This document shows positions 1-12,315 of a stretch of DNA of 64,000 nt, in pieces; within the stretch, counting starts at the first letter, position 1; every line of letters starts with the position of its first letter. Under the pieces are notes generated by a model, which worked only from the letters and a program-made list of their open reading frames with translations, was not told where the DNA came from and ran no database searches. Position numbers and translations under genes: made by a program. The DNA is from an uncultured Gemmatimonadaceae bacterium (GTDB taxonomy: Bacteria > Gemmatimonadota > Gemmatimonadetes > Gemmatimonadales > Gemmatimonadaceae), in assembly GCA_963716745.1 (NCBI GenBank), contig OY970320.1:288001-352000 (forward strand), in the 5' to 3' direction.

Positions 1-203
1 CGCAGGAACGGATACTGCTTCTGGAGCGTGCCGAGCACTTCCCACGTCTTGTCGGTCGATCCGTCGTCGATCACCACCACTTCGAACGACGTGCGCGACC
101 CTTTGAATGCGGCCGCCGCCTGCTCCATGAACAACGGCAGGTTCTCGGCTTCGTCCTTCGCCGGGACGAGGATCGAGACGTCGAGATCGGTCGCGGCGGC
201 CAT
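1..203 (-). CDS. Glycosyltransferase family 2, N-terminal part (runs off the window)
   Basis: Manual translation from ATG 203: [22 protein letters not shown]...FEVVVIDDGSTDKTW, with the GT2 VVIDDGSTD motif; TGATG overlap with the rpoN stop. Confidence 0.85.
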   Translation of the reverse strand, partial: MAAATDLDVSILVPAKDEAENLPLFMEQAAAAFKGSRTSFEVVVIDDGSTDKTWEVLGTLQKQYPFL

Positions 204-1694
204 CAGACGCGGCGCCTCATGCGGGCCGACAGCACGCCGAGCTGCTCACGGTACTTCGCCACCGTGCGGCGCGCGATCTTCACGCCGTCCTTCTCGAAGA
301 ATGTCCACGATGTCCTGGTCGGTGAGTGGGTGCTTGGGATCCTCTTCGGCAATGCGCTTCTCGATCGTCGCCTTGATGCCGCGCGCCGACACATCTTCCC
401 CGCCCGCGGTGGAGAGACCGGACGAGAAGAAGAACTTGAGCGGCAGCACGCCGCGCGGCGTTTGCACGAATTTCTCGTTGGTCACTCGGCTGATAGTGCT
501 CTCGTGCATCCCGATCCCTTCGGCCACTTCACGCAGCGTGAGCGGCTTGAGATACTGAAGCCCCTTCTCGAAATAATCGCGCTGCCGGTCGACAATGAAG
601 TGCATCACCTTGAGCATCGTTTGGCGGCGCTGCTCGAGCGCCTGGATCATCCAATTGGCGGCGTTCATGCGCGTGGAAATGAAATCCTTGTTCTCGCCCT
701 GGAACTTGCGCTTGTCGCGCGCGATGTCCTGATAGGCACGGCTGAGGCGCAGGCGCGGCACGTTGTTGTCGTTCACGAACACATGATACTTGCCATCAAT
801 GCGATCGACGATGAGATCGGGCACGATGTAGTTATCGCCTGCACTGCTGTACCGGAGACCGGGCTTCGGCTCGAGCTTCGCCACGGCGTCGGCGGCCTCT
901 TGCACGGCGGCGGGACTCAGCCCTGTCTTCTTCGAGATCTCCGCCCAGCGATGGTTGATGAGTTCCTCGAAGTGGTCCTGCACGAGGCGGTGGGCCACCG
1001 AGTCCTGCATCTTGAGCGCGCGCAGCTGCAACAGGAGACATTCGCGCAGGTCGCGCGCACCGACGCCGGGCGGATCGAGGTTCTGGATAACGCCGAGCAT
1101 CCGCTCGACTTCCGCCTCGGTGTACAAAGGAAGGTCCGCGTCATCGCGGTCCGAAGCTTCCGCCGCGTCGGTGATCCATTTGTTGATGTCGCGTCGCAGC
1201 TCTTCGAGCGACACAGCGAGGTAGCCATCATCGTTGATGTCGCCCACGAACTCCTCGGCCAGAATGCGCTCGCGGTCGCTGAGTTCGAGCATCTTCACCT
1301 GGTCGCCGAGGTAGTCGCTCAAGTGGCGGCGCTCGACCGACACCGGATCGGTCCATTCGCGATCCTCGTGGCCCACCGCGCGGCTGCCGCCGACGTCGAA
1401 TCCGTTGAGCAGGATCTCTTCCCAATCGATCCCGTCGTTCTCGGCCTTCTCGACGGCGAGTTCCTTGTCTGCCTCGTCCGGCTCGCGCTCGGTCTCCTCG
1501 CCTTCCGCCTCGCCCTCCGTCTCATCGTCGCCCGGCTCGACGAGATCGAGGAACGGATTCACGAGCAATTCCTGCTTCAAGTGCTGCTGGAGGTCCAGCA
1601 GCGGCATCGTCAGCAGATCCATCGCCTGGTAGAGGCGCGGATTGATCCGCAGCTCCTGCCGGAGACTGCCCGTCTGACTGATGCCCGGCTTCAT
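203..1694 (-). CDS. rpoN: RNA polymerase sigma-54 factor (one-base insertion near 298)
   Basis: MKPGISQ...[38 protein letters not shown]; the RpoN box [11 protein letters not shown] lies in the shifted frame (ORF 203..394). Confidence 0.95.
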
Positions 1695-2909
1695 GGGCTG
1701 CGTGCCGCGAAGCGCGAGCGGAGCCGCGCCGTGAGCGTGGGCCCGAGGTAGATCTCGGCCACGGTGTCGTCGAAGACGAGCTCCTGTACTGTGCCAGATA
1801 CCTTCACCTGGCCGTCGAACATGATGTAGGCGCGATCGACGATGTCGAGCGTCTGCTCCACGTTGTGATCGGAGATGAGCACGCCGATCCCGCGATGCCG
1901 GAGCCCCGCGACGATCGACTGGATGTCGTGCACCGCGATCGGATCCACGCCGGCGAAGGGCTCGTCGAGCATCATGAACTTCGGTTCCGTTACCAGCGCG
2001 CGCGTGATCTCGAGGCGACGCCGTTCTCCACCCGACAGCGAAAAGGCGCGGTTGTCGCGGAGGCGCTTGATGCTCGAGTTCGTCGAGCAGCGTCTCGAGG
2101 CGTTCCTTGCGCTGCTCGGGTGTGATGTCGAGCGTCTCGAGGATCGCGAGGAGGTTCTCCTCCACAGTGAGCTTGCGGAAGATCGACGGCTCCTGCGAGA
2201 GATAGCCGATGCCGCGGCGCGCGCGGCGGAACATCGGCATCTCGGTGATGTCCTCGCCGTCGAGAAGGATAGTGCCCTCCTGCGGCGGGATGAGGCCCAC
2301 GATCATGTAGAAGGTCGTGGTCTTCCCTGCTCCGTTGGGGCCGAGCAGGCCGACGATCTCGCCCTGGCGGAGATGCAACGCCACATCGTTCACCACGCGG
2401 CGACGGCGGTAGGTCTTGACCAATCCCTTCGCTTCGAGAATGCTGCCCGCGGGTTCGCTCTTCGGCATGCCGTGCGGGCCGGTGATCTCCTCGCCACGGC
2501 GCACCACGCCGGCGACGCCGGCGCGCTCGATCTGCGGGCGGGTCGCGCGCAGCTCCGGCCAGAAGCGATCGGCCACACGCAGCACGCTGTCGGGCGACGT
2601 GAGCCCGGCCTCCGGCAGCACGACAAGTCCCTCGGCCGCGAGGCGCGGGAAGACCACCTGCGCGAGATGCTCGCGCACCTCGTCGAGACTCAGCCGCCCG
2701 GCTTCGCGTTCCACGTCGCGCCCCTCTTCGCGCAGGAGTTTGAGGTAATCCGTGCGATAGTGCGTCGCGACATCGTTGAACACGGCCTCGCCCTCGGCGT
2801 GCGCGGCGCAGATGAGCGCGTAGAGCGCGAGGATCGTGGACCGATCGCCCTTGGAGTGCTCGGCGAAGAACGACTCGAGCGCGGCGGGAACGCGAGGGCC
2901 GGCGGTCAT
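1691..2909 (-). CDS. lptB: LPS export ABC transporter ATPase LptB with ~155-aa N-terminal extension (one-base insertion near 2075)
   Basis: Walker [10 protein letters not shown] and [17 protein letters not shown]; after the shift [11 protein letters not shown] and [11 protein letters not shown]...DHNV; ATGA overlap with upstream lptA. Confidence 0.93.
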
Positions 2910-4360
2910 GGTGTACCGCTCTTGGCAGGCGCCTTGGCGGCGGCCGAGTCGGCCTTCGATTTCTTCTTCGGAAGCACGGGGGCGGTGGCGGTTGAGTCCG
3001 CCTTCTTCTTCTTCTTGATGATCTCGGGCTCCACGTACACGCCGGCGACGCTGTCTTTCACCGTGACCGACTTCACCTGGTGCGCGACGAACGCGACCGT
3101 CACGGCGCCGCCGCGCACGTAATTGATGGACGGTCCGATCGCCGCCGAGTCCTTCGCCGCGATCTGGTAGTACGACTTCGCGTGGCCGAGCGCGATGAGC
3201 GCGAGCATCGCCGGCTGCTTCGCGGAGTCGGCCTTGGTGAGCGGCATGCTGTCGAAGCGCGCGACGATCGTGTCGCCGCTCATCCAGTCGCGCTCCTTGG
3301 TGTGGACGTGCGTGGTGTCCGGCGTGCTCTGCGCGAACGCCTTGCGCACCGCGCGGATCTCGCGCAGGCGCTGGCCGGGCGAGCGCACGTCGAGCGAATC
3401 GGCGAGGATATCGTACGTCGGGTTGACAGCCCGCGCCCGCGACGCTCCCCACGCATACATGCGATCGAGCTCGCCGTTGACCATCTGGAAATCGAGCGTG
3501 TCGGAGGTGACCGTGCCGTCGTTGCTCACCGCCTTCCCTTCGCCGCGGGCGAGCACGCGATGCAGCTGCTTGTTGCCGCCGTACATATCAATGATCGTGC
3601 CGTAGAGCGTGAAGGGCCGCTCGCCGCGCGAGATGATCACCGGTTTCTTCATGAGCCGCGCGAATTCGTGCGATCCGTCCAGGAACGCCGTGTCGCCCTT
3701 CGCGATCACATCCAGGCGCGTGATCTCCACGCGGCCCGATGCGTAGACCAGACTGTCGGCGTCGCTCACCACCGTGTTCCCGATGAGCACCATGGGCGGC
3801 GATGGCTTTCCGGTGGAGTCGCGCTCGAACATGCTGATCGTGGGGCGGCCAGGCGCGATCATCCGCGCGATGGTGCGAATGCCGGGCACGGCGCGAAAAT
3901 ACTCCACGCGGGGGCCGACGAGCGTGGTGCCGCTTGGAAGAATCGAGCGCACGTTCCCTTCCGCGAGCAACCGCTCGTCCACCATGAAATACGTGGCAAC
4001 GTCGGAGTCGAGCGTGAGCCGCGGTTCGCGGTAGTGCACGCCGCCGATGAGGTGCCAGCGCCGCAGATCCCCGAAGTACTCCGCGCTATCGGAGGAGATC
4101 GTGAGTTGCTGCGCGGGACATGAACCCATCACCCCGCCGCCGATGAAGCTGTTGTATTGGCCGCTCGCCTGCTTCACGGAGTTCACCCGCGTCGAGTCAC
4201 TGCGCGGCGTGACGACGAGATCGCACCGGCCCGTCGGTCCGGGAATGCTGACGGTATTGGACGAAGCGCCGGGCGCCACCGGTGGCGCCGCGGGCTGCTG
4301 GGCTGCGAGCGGGAGCGCGATGGTCGCGCCGGCCAGGAGCGCCATGGAGACGCCACGCAC
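2906..4360 (-). CDS. lptA: LptA/OstA-like periplasmic LPS transport protein, long form (~484 aa)
   Basis: Signal peptide; repeated beta-jellyroll-like motifs ([41 protein letters not shown]); lies between lptC and lptB; start taken as GTG 4360 (ATG 4345 is an alternative). Confidence 0.75.
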   Translation of the reverse strand: MRGVSMALLAGATIALPLAAQQPAAPPVAPGASSNTVSIPGPTGRCDLVVTPRSDSTRVNSVKQASGQYNSFIGGGVMGSCPAQQLTISSDSAEYFGDLRRWHLIGGVHYREPRLTLDSDVATYFMVDERLLAEGNVRSILPSGTTLVGPRVEYFRAVPGIRTIARMIAPGRPTISMFERDSTGKPSPPMVLIGNTVVSDADSLVYASGRVEITRLDVIAKGDTAFLDGSHEFARLMKKPVIISRGERPFTLYGTIIDMYGGNKQLHRVLARGEGKAVSNDGTVTSDTLDFQMVNGELDRMYAWGASRARAVNPTYDILADSLDVRSPGQRLREIRAVRKAFAQSTPDTTHVHTKERDWMSGDTIVARFDSMPLTKADSAKQPAMLALIALGHAKSYYQIAAKDSAAIGPSINYVRGGAVTVAFVAHQVKSVTVKDSVAGVYVEPEIIKKKKKADSTATAPVLPKKKSKADSAAAKAPAKSGTP

Positions 4361-4914
4361 TATGGTTGCTGTCCCGAGAGCGGGATAGGCCCCGAACCCT
4401 TCTTCAGCTTGAGGATCTTCAAGTTCGCGAGGTCTGGATCGGAGATGAAGCCGATCCCTTCCACTTTGCGGTCCGGCTGCGTGAGCACGAACGGACTGTC
4501 GCTCGCGATGAGGTTCGTGACCTGGTTGTACGAGAGCTGCGACGTCTCGAGGCGCTTGCCGTCCACCGACACGACGAGGACGTTCTTGCGCGCCTCCATC
4601 ATCGCCTTGGTCGTGTTGTACGTGCCTTCGATCGACGTGAGCACGGCGCTCTGCTGGCCGGTGTTCGTGAAGAACACCGTGCGCTCGTTGCGCACTTCGA
4701 TGCGCGAGTTGTTGTCGAAGAAATATCCGGTGTCCGCTCGGAGCTGCGCGCGCAGCAGACCCTGATCGGTGATGAAGGTGCGTACGCCGAACATGACTTG
4801 GTCCGCCGCCTCGGCGAGCGGGTTCGGCGGCGTCACCGGCGGCTGCTTGGCGCCCTTGCACCCCGCGACGATCGCCGCGGCGGCGATGAACGCCCACGCG
4901 GGCATGAGCCTCAC
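4360..4914 (-). CDS. lptC: LPS export periplasmic protein LptC
   Basis: N-terminal hydrophobic stretch with IVAGC lipobox-like motif; RLETSQLSYNQ...IASDSPFVL...GIGFISDPDL; follows kdsD. Confidence 0.85.
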   Translation of the reverse strand: MRLMPAWAFIAAAAIVAGCKGAKQPPVTPPNPLAEAADQVMFGVRTFITDQGLLRAQLRADTGYFFDNNSRIEVRNERTVFFTNTGQQSAVLTSIEGTYNTTKAMMEARKNVLVVSVDGKRLETSQLSYNQVTNLIASDSPFVLTQPDRKVEGIGFISDPDLANLKILKLKKGSGPIPLSGQQP

Positions 4915-5876
4915 TTGACTCCGGCGCGCATGAGATCGTGGAGATGCACGATCCCCACCATTCGCTCGTCGGCGTCGAGCACCGGCATCGCCATGATGCC
5001 GAACTGCTCCATCTTGAAGACCGCGGCGCTCGCCAACTCGTCGCCGCCGATGGTCTTCGGCGTGGCGTTCATCACGTTCGCCGCCACGACGGCGAGGAAA
5101 TCGGGCTGGCGCTGATTGAGCCGCGCGAGATCCCCCGCGGTGACGACGCCGATCACGCGGCGGTCGCCGTCGACGACCGCCACCGTGCCACGGCGTTCAG
5201 CGAGCATCATGACCACTTCCCGCATGACGGTATCCTTGGCGACGGCGGGGAGCTTCTCGGTCACCATGAGATCTCTCACGCGCGTGAGCAGGCGGCGGCC
5301 GAGCAAGCCGCCCGGATGCAGCCGCGCGAAATCCTCGCGGCGGAATCCCTTCCGTTCGAGCAGCGTGACGGCGAGCGCATCGCCCATCGCGAGCGCCGCG
5401 GTGGTGCTCGTCGTGGGTGCGAGATCGTGCGGGCAGGCCTCCTCGCGCACCCACACATCGAGCACCGCATCCGCTTGCTTCGCGAGTTGCGAGTCGCTCT
5501 CGCCGGAGATCGCGATGATGTGCACGCCGAGCCGTTTCAGTTGCTCGATCAGGGGGAAGAGCTCGGGCGTCTCGCCGCTCTTCGAGAGCAAGATGACGAC
5601 GTCGGCGGGGCCCACGATGCCGAGGTCGCCGTGCAGCCCTTCCACGGGATGAAGGAACGTCGCAGGCGTGCCCGTGCTCGTGAGGGTCGCCGCGATCTTG
5701 CGCGCGATGATCCCACTCTTGCCCACGCCGCTGACGATCACGCGGCCGGAAGACGCGGCGATCAACTCGACCGCCTTCGCGAAGTCGGCGCCGAGCCGGC
5801 GCTCCACTTCGTCGAGTGCCTCGCGCTCGAGGCGCACAACGCGCCGGCCGCGCTCGATGAGCTCGTCGGGCTTCAT
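4911..5876 (-). CDS. kdsD: Arabinose-5-phosphate isomerase (SIS + CBS domains)
   Basis: GVGKSGIIARKIAATLTSTGTP, HGDLG, APTTST, HPGG, C-terminal CBS pair. Confidence 0.95.
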   Translation of the reverse strand: MKPDELIERGRRVVRLEREALDEVERRLGADFAKAVELIAASSGRVIVSGVGKSGIIARKIAATLTSTGTPATFLHPVEGLHGDLGIVGPADVVILLSKSGETPELFPLIEQLKRLGVHIIAISGESDSQLAKQADAVLDVWVREEACPHDLAPTTSTTAALAMGDALAVTLLERKGFRREDFARLHPGGLLGRRLLTRVRDLMVTEKLPAVAKDTVMREVVMMLAERRGTVAVVDGDRRVIGVVTAGDLARLNQRQPDFLAVVAANVMNATPKTIGGDELASAAVFKMEQFGIMAMPVLDADERMVGIVHLHDLMRAGVK

Positions 5877-6439
5877 CGCAGGACCTCGAGTCCGCCAACC
5901 GACCGCGTAGCGACGTATTCATCCACCAGCTCGGTCCAATCGCCGCGCGCCTTGAGCAGCATCTCGGTGAACTCGCGAACGGCGCCGTGCCCGCCCGTGC
6001 GCGTGAGCTGAACGGCACAACAGGCTCGCACTTCGCTTACCGCGTTGCCGACGGCCACCGCGAGGCCGACCTGCCGAAGGATCGCGAGATCGGGCAGATC
6101 GTCGCCGACGAAGGCCGCATCCTCGGCATCGACGCCGAACTTGTCGAGCATCTTGCGGAAGGCCGGCAGCTTGCGGGCCTGCGCATCCTGGGCGACGTCG
6201 TCCACCGACAGCTCGGCCGCGCGGAGTCGCACGCTCTCCGAGACGCGCCCCGTGACGAGCACCACCTTGATGCCGGCAGCGCGCAGGAAGTGGATTCCCA
6301 AGCCGTCCTCGATGTGATACCGCTTCAACTCCACGGGCGTGCCGCCGGCGTCGCCGAGGTAGATGCCACCGTCGGTGAGCACGCCGTCGACGTCGAGGCC
6401 GACGAGGCGGATCCGTTTCGCGAGCGCCTGTTCGATCAT
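5873..6439 (-). CDS. kdsC: KDO 8-phosphate phosphatase (HAD family)
   Basis: LDVDGVLTDG, GDDLPD, GGHGAVRE; ATG at 6439. Confidence 0.93.
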   Translation of the reverse strand: MIEQALAKRIRLVGLDVDGVLTDGGIYLGDAGGTPVELKRYHIEDGLGIHFLRAAGIKVVLVTGRVSESVRLRAAELSVDDVAQDAQARKLPAFRKMLDKFGVDAEDAAFVGDDLPDLAILRQVGLAVAVGNAVSEVRACCAVQLTRTGGHGAVREFTEMLLKARGDWTELVDEYVATRSVGGLEVLR

Positions 6440-7257
6440 TTCCGCCGCGTGTGCCAGAGGTCCACCGCGCGCAGGACGAGTTCGTCGAGCTGCGCGAGGG
6501 GCACCATGTTCGGCCCATCGCTCGGCGCGTGGTCGGGATCGGGATGCGTCTCCAGGAAGAGCCCGTCCGCACCGGCGCCGATCGCCGCGAACGTGAGTGC
6601 GGGAATGAACTCCCGCGCGCCGCCGCTGGCGCCGCCTTCGCCGCGGCCCGGTTGCTGCACACTGTGCGTCCCGTCGAAGATCACCGGCGCGTCGCATGCA
6701 TCGCGCATCCGCGCGAAGGAGCGCATGTCCACGACGAGATCGCCGTAGCCGAAGAACGTGCCGCGCTCGGTCACAGCCACGGAGCCGGGCTTGCCCGCCG
6801 TCTTGGGGGCGGCGCGCCGCACCTTGGCCACGGCGCCCTTCATCCCCTCGGGATGCAGCCACTGCCCCTTCTTGATGTTCACCGGCTTTCCGGTGGCACC
6901 GGCCGCCTCGAGCAGGTCGGTCTGGCGGCACAGGAACGCCGGGATCTGCAGCACGTCCACGACCGAGGCGACGAGGTCGCAGTGATCGGGCAGGTGCACA
7001 TCGGTGAGCACGGGCAAGCCGGATTGCTGCTTCACGCGCGCGAGCGCGGCGAGTCCTTCCTCGAGACCGGGGCCGCGAGCCGCGCCTGCGTTCGAACGGT
7101 TGGCCTTGTCATAGCTCGCCTTGTACACCACGCCGCCCGGTAGGCGCGGCGCGAGGCGCGCGAGATGCTCGGCGACGCGCAGATTCAGATCGTCGCCCTC
7201 CAGTTGGCACGGGCCGGCGATCAGGAACAGCGCGTCCGAGCGGAAGGCGAAGGGCAC
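6436..7257 (-). CDS. kdsA: KDO 8-phosphate synthase
   Basis: IAGPC, KASYDKANRS, QIPAFLCRQTDL, NIKKGQ, DGTHSVQ, ETHPDP; start approximate (GTG). Confidence 0.95.
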   Translation of the reverse strand: MPFAFRSDALFLIAGPCQLEGDDLNLRVAEHLARLAPRLPGGVVYKASYDKANRSNAGAARGPGLEEGLAALARVKQQSGLPVLTDVHLPDHCDLVASVVDVLQIPAFLCRQTDLLEAAGATGKPVNIKKGQWLHPEGMKGAVAKVRRAAPKTAGKPGSVAVTERGTFFGYGDLVVDMRSFARMRDACDAPVIFDGTHSVQQPGRGEGGASGGAREFIPALTFAAIGAGADGLFLETHPDPDHAPSDGPNMVPLAQLDELVLRAVDLWHTRRK

Positions 7258-7259
7258 GC

Positions 7260-9691
<2,432 letters not shown>

Positions 9692-9831
9692 GGCGCCACG
9701 GTCAGAGTGTGCCGGTGTGCAAGATTCACGCCAGTCAATATAGCGAGACGCGTGAGAGGAATCAAACATTCTGGCGCGAAACTTGGGGGCGATCCTCCGT
9801 GGAGCCTCATCGCACGCGCCCCAGGCCGGCG

Positions 9832-10034
9832 ATCACGGTTCAAATTTTGAACGGATGCAACGGATGGAACGGATCGGACGGAAACCGCTTGAAGAGCACA
9901 AAGCTTCGGCGATAACTGCTGCTACGGTTGTTAACAAGAGACCGCAGTGCCCTCATTGCGGATCGAAGCCATTCACGCGGTCTCCGTCCGATCCGCTCCA
10001 TCCGTTAGATCCGTTCAAGAACATGAACCGTGAT
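9832..10034. repeat. ~203-bp palindromic element with ~62-bp imperfect terminal inverted repeats of 9-bp periodic units (MITE/REPIN-like), copy 1
   Basis: Left arm atcacggttca-aattttgaacggatgcaacggatggaacggatcggacggaaaccgcttgaa matches the reverse complement of the right arm, atcacggttcatgttcttgaacggatctaacggatggagcggatcggacggagaccgcgtgaa; central palindrome ttgttaacaa at 9928-9937. Confidence 0.9.
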
Positions 10035-10074
10035 GCTGGTCGCGCTGGGCGAGGATCAGACGGGCGCGACTGAG

Positions 10075-10221
10075 ATCACGGTTCATTTTTTGGAACGGAA
10101 TCGACGGATGGAACGGATCGGACGGAGACCCCTTGAAGAGCGCAAGGGTTCTCCGATAGCCGCTCTTCTTGTTAACAACAATGGCGGTGCCTCTATCGCG
10201 GATCGAAGCCTTTCACGCGGT
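10075..10221. repeat. Second, right-truncated direct copy of the 9832-10034 element
   Basis: atcacggttca...acggatggaacggatcggacggagacc...ttgaagagc...ttgttaacaa...gcggatcgaagcc.ttcacgcggt is colinear with copy 1; most of the right arm is missing. Confidence 0.88.
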
Positions 10222-10246
10222 GGAGGAGGCTAAGCATCCAATGAGT

Positions 10247-11732
10247 TCAGCGAATGAACCAGAGCAGCAGCGTCGTCTTCGTTTGGCCCGTGGCGGGATC
10301 GACCCAGAAATCCAGGCGGAACGGCTTGAGCTCGAAGCGTGCTCCGATGTTCTGGGTGAACTTGGGCAGCTGCTCCACGCCGGCGGCACCGACGGTGTAC
10401 GCCAGCGAGAGCGACGGCGGCGTGGTGAGCGGCAGCTCGAGCTTCGAGAACGTGTAGCGATAGTCGCCCTCGAAGAAGACGAGCTGGTCCCCGCCTTGCG
10501 CGAGCAGCCCGAGGGTCGCGACCGAGCCTGCGCCGCCGAGGTAGCCATAGCGCTGCGGCGGAGCGGTCGAGTCGCCGGTGGTGTAGATCGCGTGCACGCG
10601 CACCAGGATCTCCTGGTCGGTGTACGTGGCGTACTTGCCGGTGACGTCCGCGACGAGCTGGGTCCAGCCGGCGCCGTTCACGGGATTAATGGGGACCTCG
10701 ACCTTAAGGCTCGCATCCATCTCCACGCGGCCCTTGAGCGAGCCATCGACTCCCGTGAGCCACGTCTCGAGGCGGCCCGGGGTGACCGCTGGGTTCGGCC
10801 GGTACATGGAGTAGCGTGCTCTGGTCGCCCGTGATGCTCCACGGGCCGCCGGCGGAAACGCTCGAGGCATCCTCCGTCCGCGCGCCCACCCAGAGCGAGA
10901 TCGAGTGTGCCGTATCGGACCAAGCGTAGCCGATCCGCCCCTCGCCCCAGTTCGCGCGCCAGTAGTTCCGGAAGTCCTTTCCGCAGCAGAACACGGCGAA
11001 CGAGTTCCCGATGTCGGACTGGATCCAGGCATCATTCGTGAGCGTCGCTTGTGCGCCCGCGACGTTGATGAACGCGCCGCCGATCCGTGAATAGAGGCTG
11101 AGCTCGGCGTCGAAGAGTCCGAGGTTCGAGCGATAGGTGACGCCCGGCGCGACGATGAGCGCGCTGTCGCCGAAATGAAGCTCCGGCTTCACCTCGATCG
11201 AAAGACCGTCCACACGATCATACAGCGGTGGCACGGTGAATCCGTAGACCCCCGGCAACACGAGCAGGTCGGTCTCCGGCGGCGGCGGACCGTGGTAGTC
11301 CAGTGCGAGCCCCTCGAGCGTGCGCACGGTGTCGAATCGCGCCGCGGGATACGCGGCGCGCTTGCCGGTGACCACGGCGCCGTCCACGTCGTAGATGTTG
11401 CCACCAAAGGCCAGCGCGCGCCCGTCGATCCGCGCGGACGCCGTGAGGTTGATGCTCCCGTTGATCACGATGAGGTCGCCGTGCACCTCGCCGATCACCG
11501 AGGCGTCGGAGTTGAGCACCACGACGTTGGTGTTGTATTCGCGGCCGCCATAGAGCGGCGTATTGAAATCCTGGTGCAGCACGATGTGCGGCTTCGCGAG
11601 CGCGTCGCTGAGCACACCGCCGGCGCTCCCCGGACCCGGCTTTCGCACGTACAGGTGCACGTCCATCTCCTGCGCGCCCGCGTGCGACGCGGTCGCGAGC
11701 AGGAAGGCCGCCGCGGCGACGCGCCTCAGCAT
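10247..11732 (-). CDS. Exported protein: bactofilin/beta-helix-like N-terminal region plus probable outer-membrane beta-barrel region (one-base insertion near 10815)
   Basis: Signal peptide ending AGA-Q; repeats VIGEVHGDLIVINGSINL...IDGRALAFGGNI...VVTG; YDRVDGL followed by amphipathic strands; ORFs 10704..11813 and 10247..11035 join if one base is removed. Confidence 0.6.
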
Positions 11733-12304
11733 CCGGCGAGCTTGATAAAGTTCTTTATCAGGTCCATCCCGTGCGCCGTGAAGACAGATTCCGGGTGGAA
11801 CTGCACGCCCCACACCGGAAGCTCGGCGTGCCGCATCGCCTGGATCTCGGTGTCATCGCCCGCGGTAGCCGCGTTCACCTGGAGCACGGAAGGCAGCGAG
11901 CGGCGCTCGACGACGAGCGAGTGATAGCGCATCACTTCGAGCGGCTGCGGCAGCCCGGCGAACAGGCCGCCGCCATCGTGCGCGATGCGCGACGTCTTGC
12001 CGTGCATCACACGCGCGGCGCGCACGACCTTTCCGCCGTACGCTTCGCCGATCGCCTGATGGCCGAGGCACACGCCGAGGATCGGGATCGTACCGCCCCA
12101 CCGCTTCACGACCGCAACGGTCACCCCGGCGTCGGTCGGCGTGCCAGGCCCCGGCGAGAGCACGATCGCCCGGGGTCGCAGCGTTCCCACCTCGTCCACG
12201 GTGATCGCGTCGTTGCGACGGACGCACGGCTCCGCCCCAAGCTCGCCCAGGTACTGCACGAGGTTGTAGGTGAAGGAGTCGTAGTTGTCGATGACGAGGA
12301 TCAT
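11726..12304 (-). CDS. trpG: Anthranilate/aminodeoxychorismate synthase component II (TrpG/PabA glutamine amidotransferase)
   Basis: MILVIDNYDSFTYNLVQY, SPGPG, GVCLGHQ, MRYHSL, QFHPES. Confidence 0.92.
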   Translation of the reverse strand: MILVIDNYDSFTYNLVQYLGELGAEPCVRRNDAITVDEVGTLRPRAIVLSPGPGTPTDAGVTVAVVKRWGGTIPILGVCLGHQAIGEAYGGKVVRAARVMHGKTSRIAHDGGGLFAGLPQPLEVMRYHSLVVERRSLPSVLQVNAATAGDDTEIQAMRHAELPVWGVQFHPESVFTAHGMDLIKNFIKLAGC

Positions 12305-12315
12305 GCTGTCCGGGG

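Noticed and set aside
246..3452. 1068-aa ORF that looks like an LptB-RpoN fusion
   Set aside because: Produced by the one-base insertion at ~2075. The LptB C-terminus and stop are in another frame (1691..1975), and rpoN has its own ATG at 1694.
9772..9786. Sigma-54-like site TGGCGC-N5-TTGG
   Set aside because: Lacks the invariant GC at -12 and points away from any supported gene.
9832..10221. Possible CRISPR array
   Set aside because: Only two long units, the internal regions are homologous rather than unique spacers, and there are no cas genes.
9783..10233. Plus-strand ORFs 9783..10073 (with CPHC) and 10030..10233 over the repeat element
   Set aside because: They are translations of the palindromic repeat. 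The CPHC motif is absent from copy 2 and no family is recognisable.
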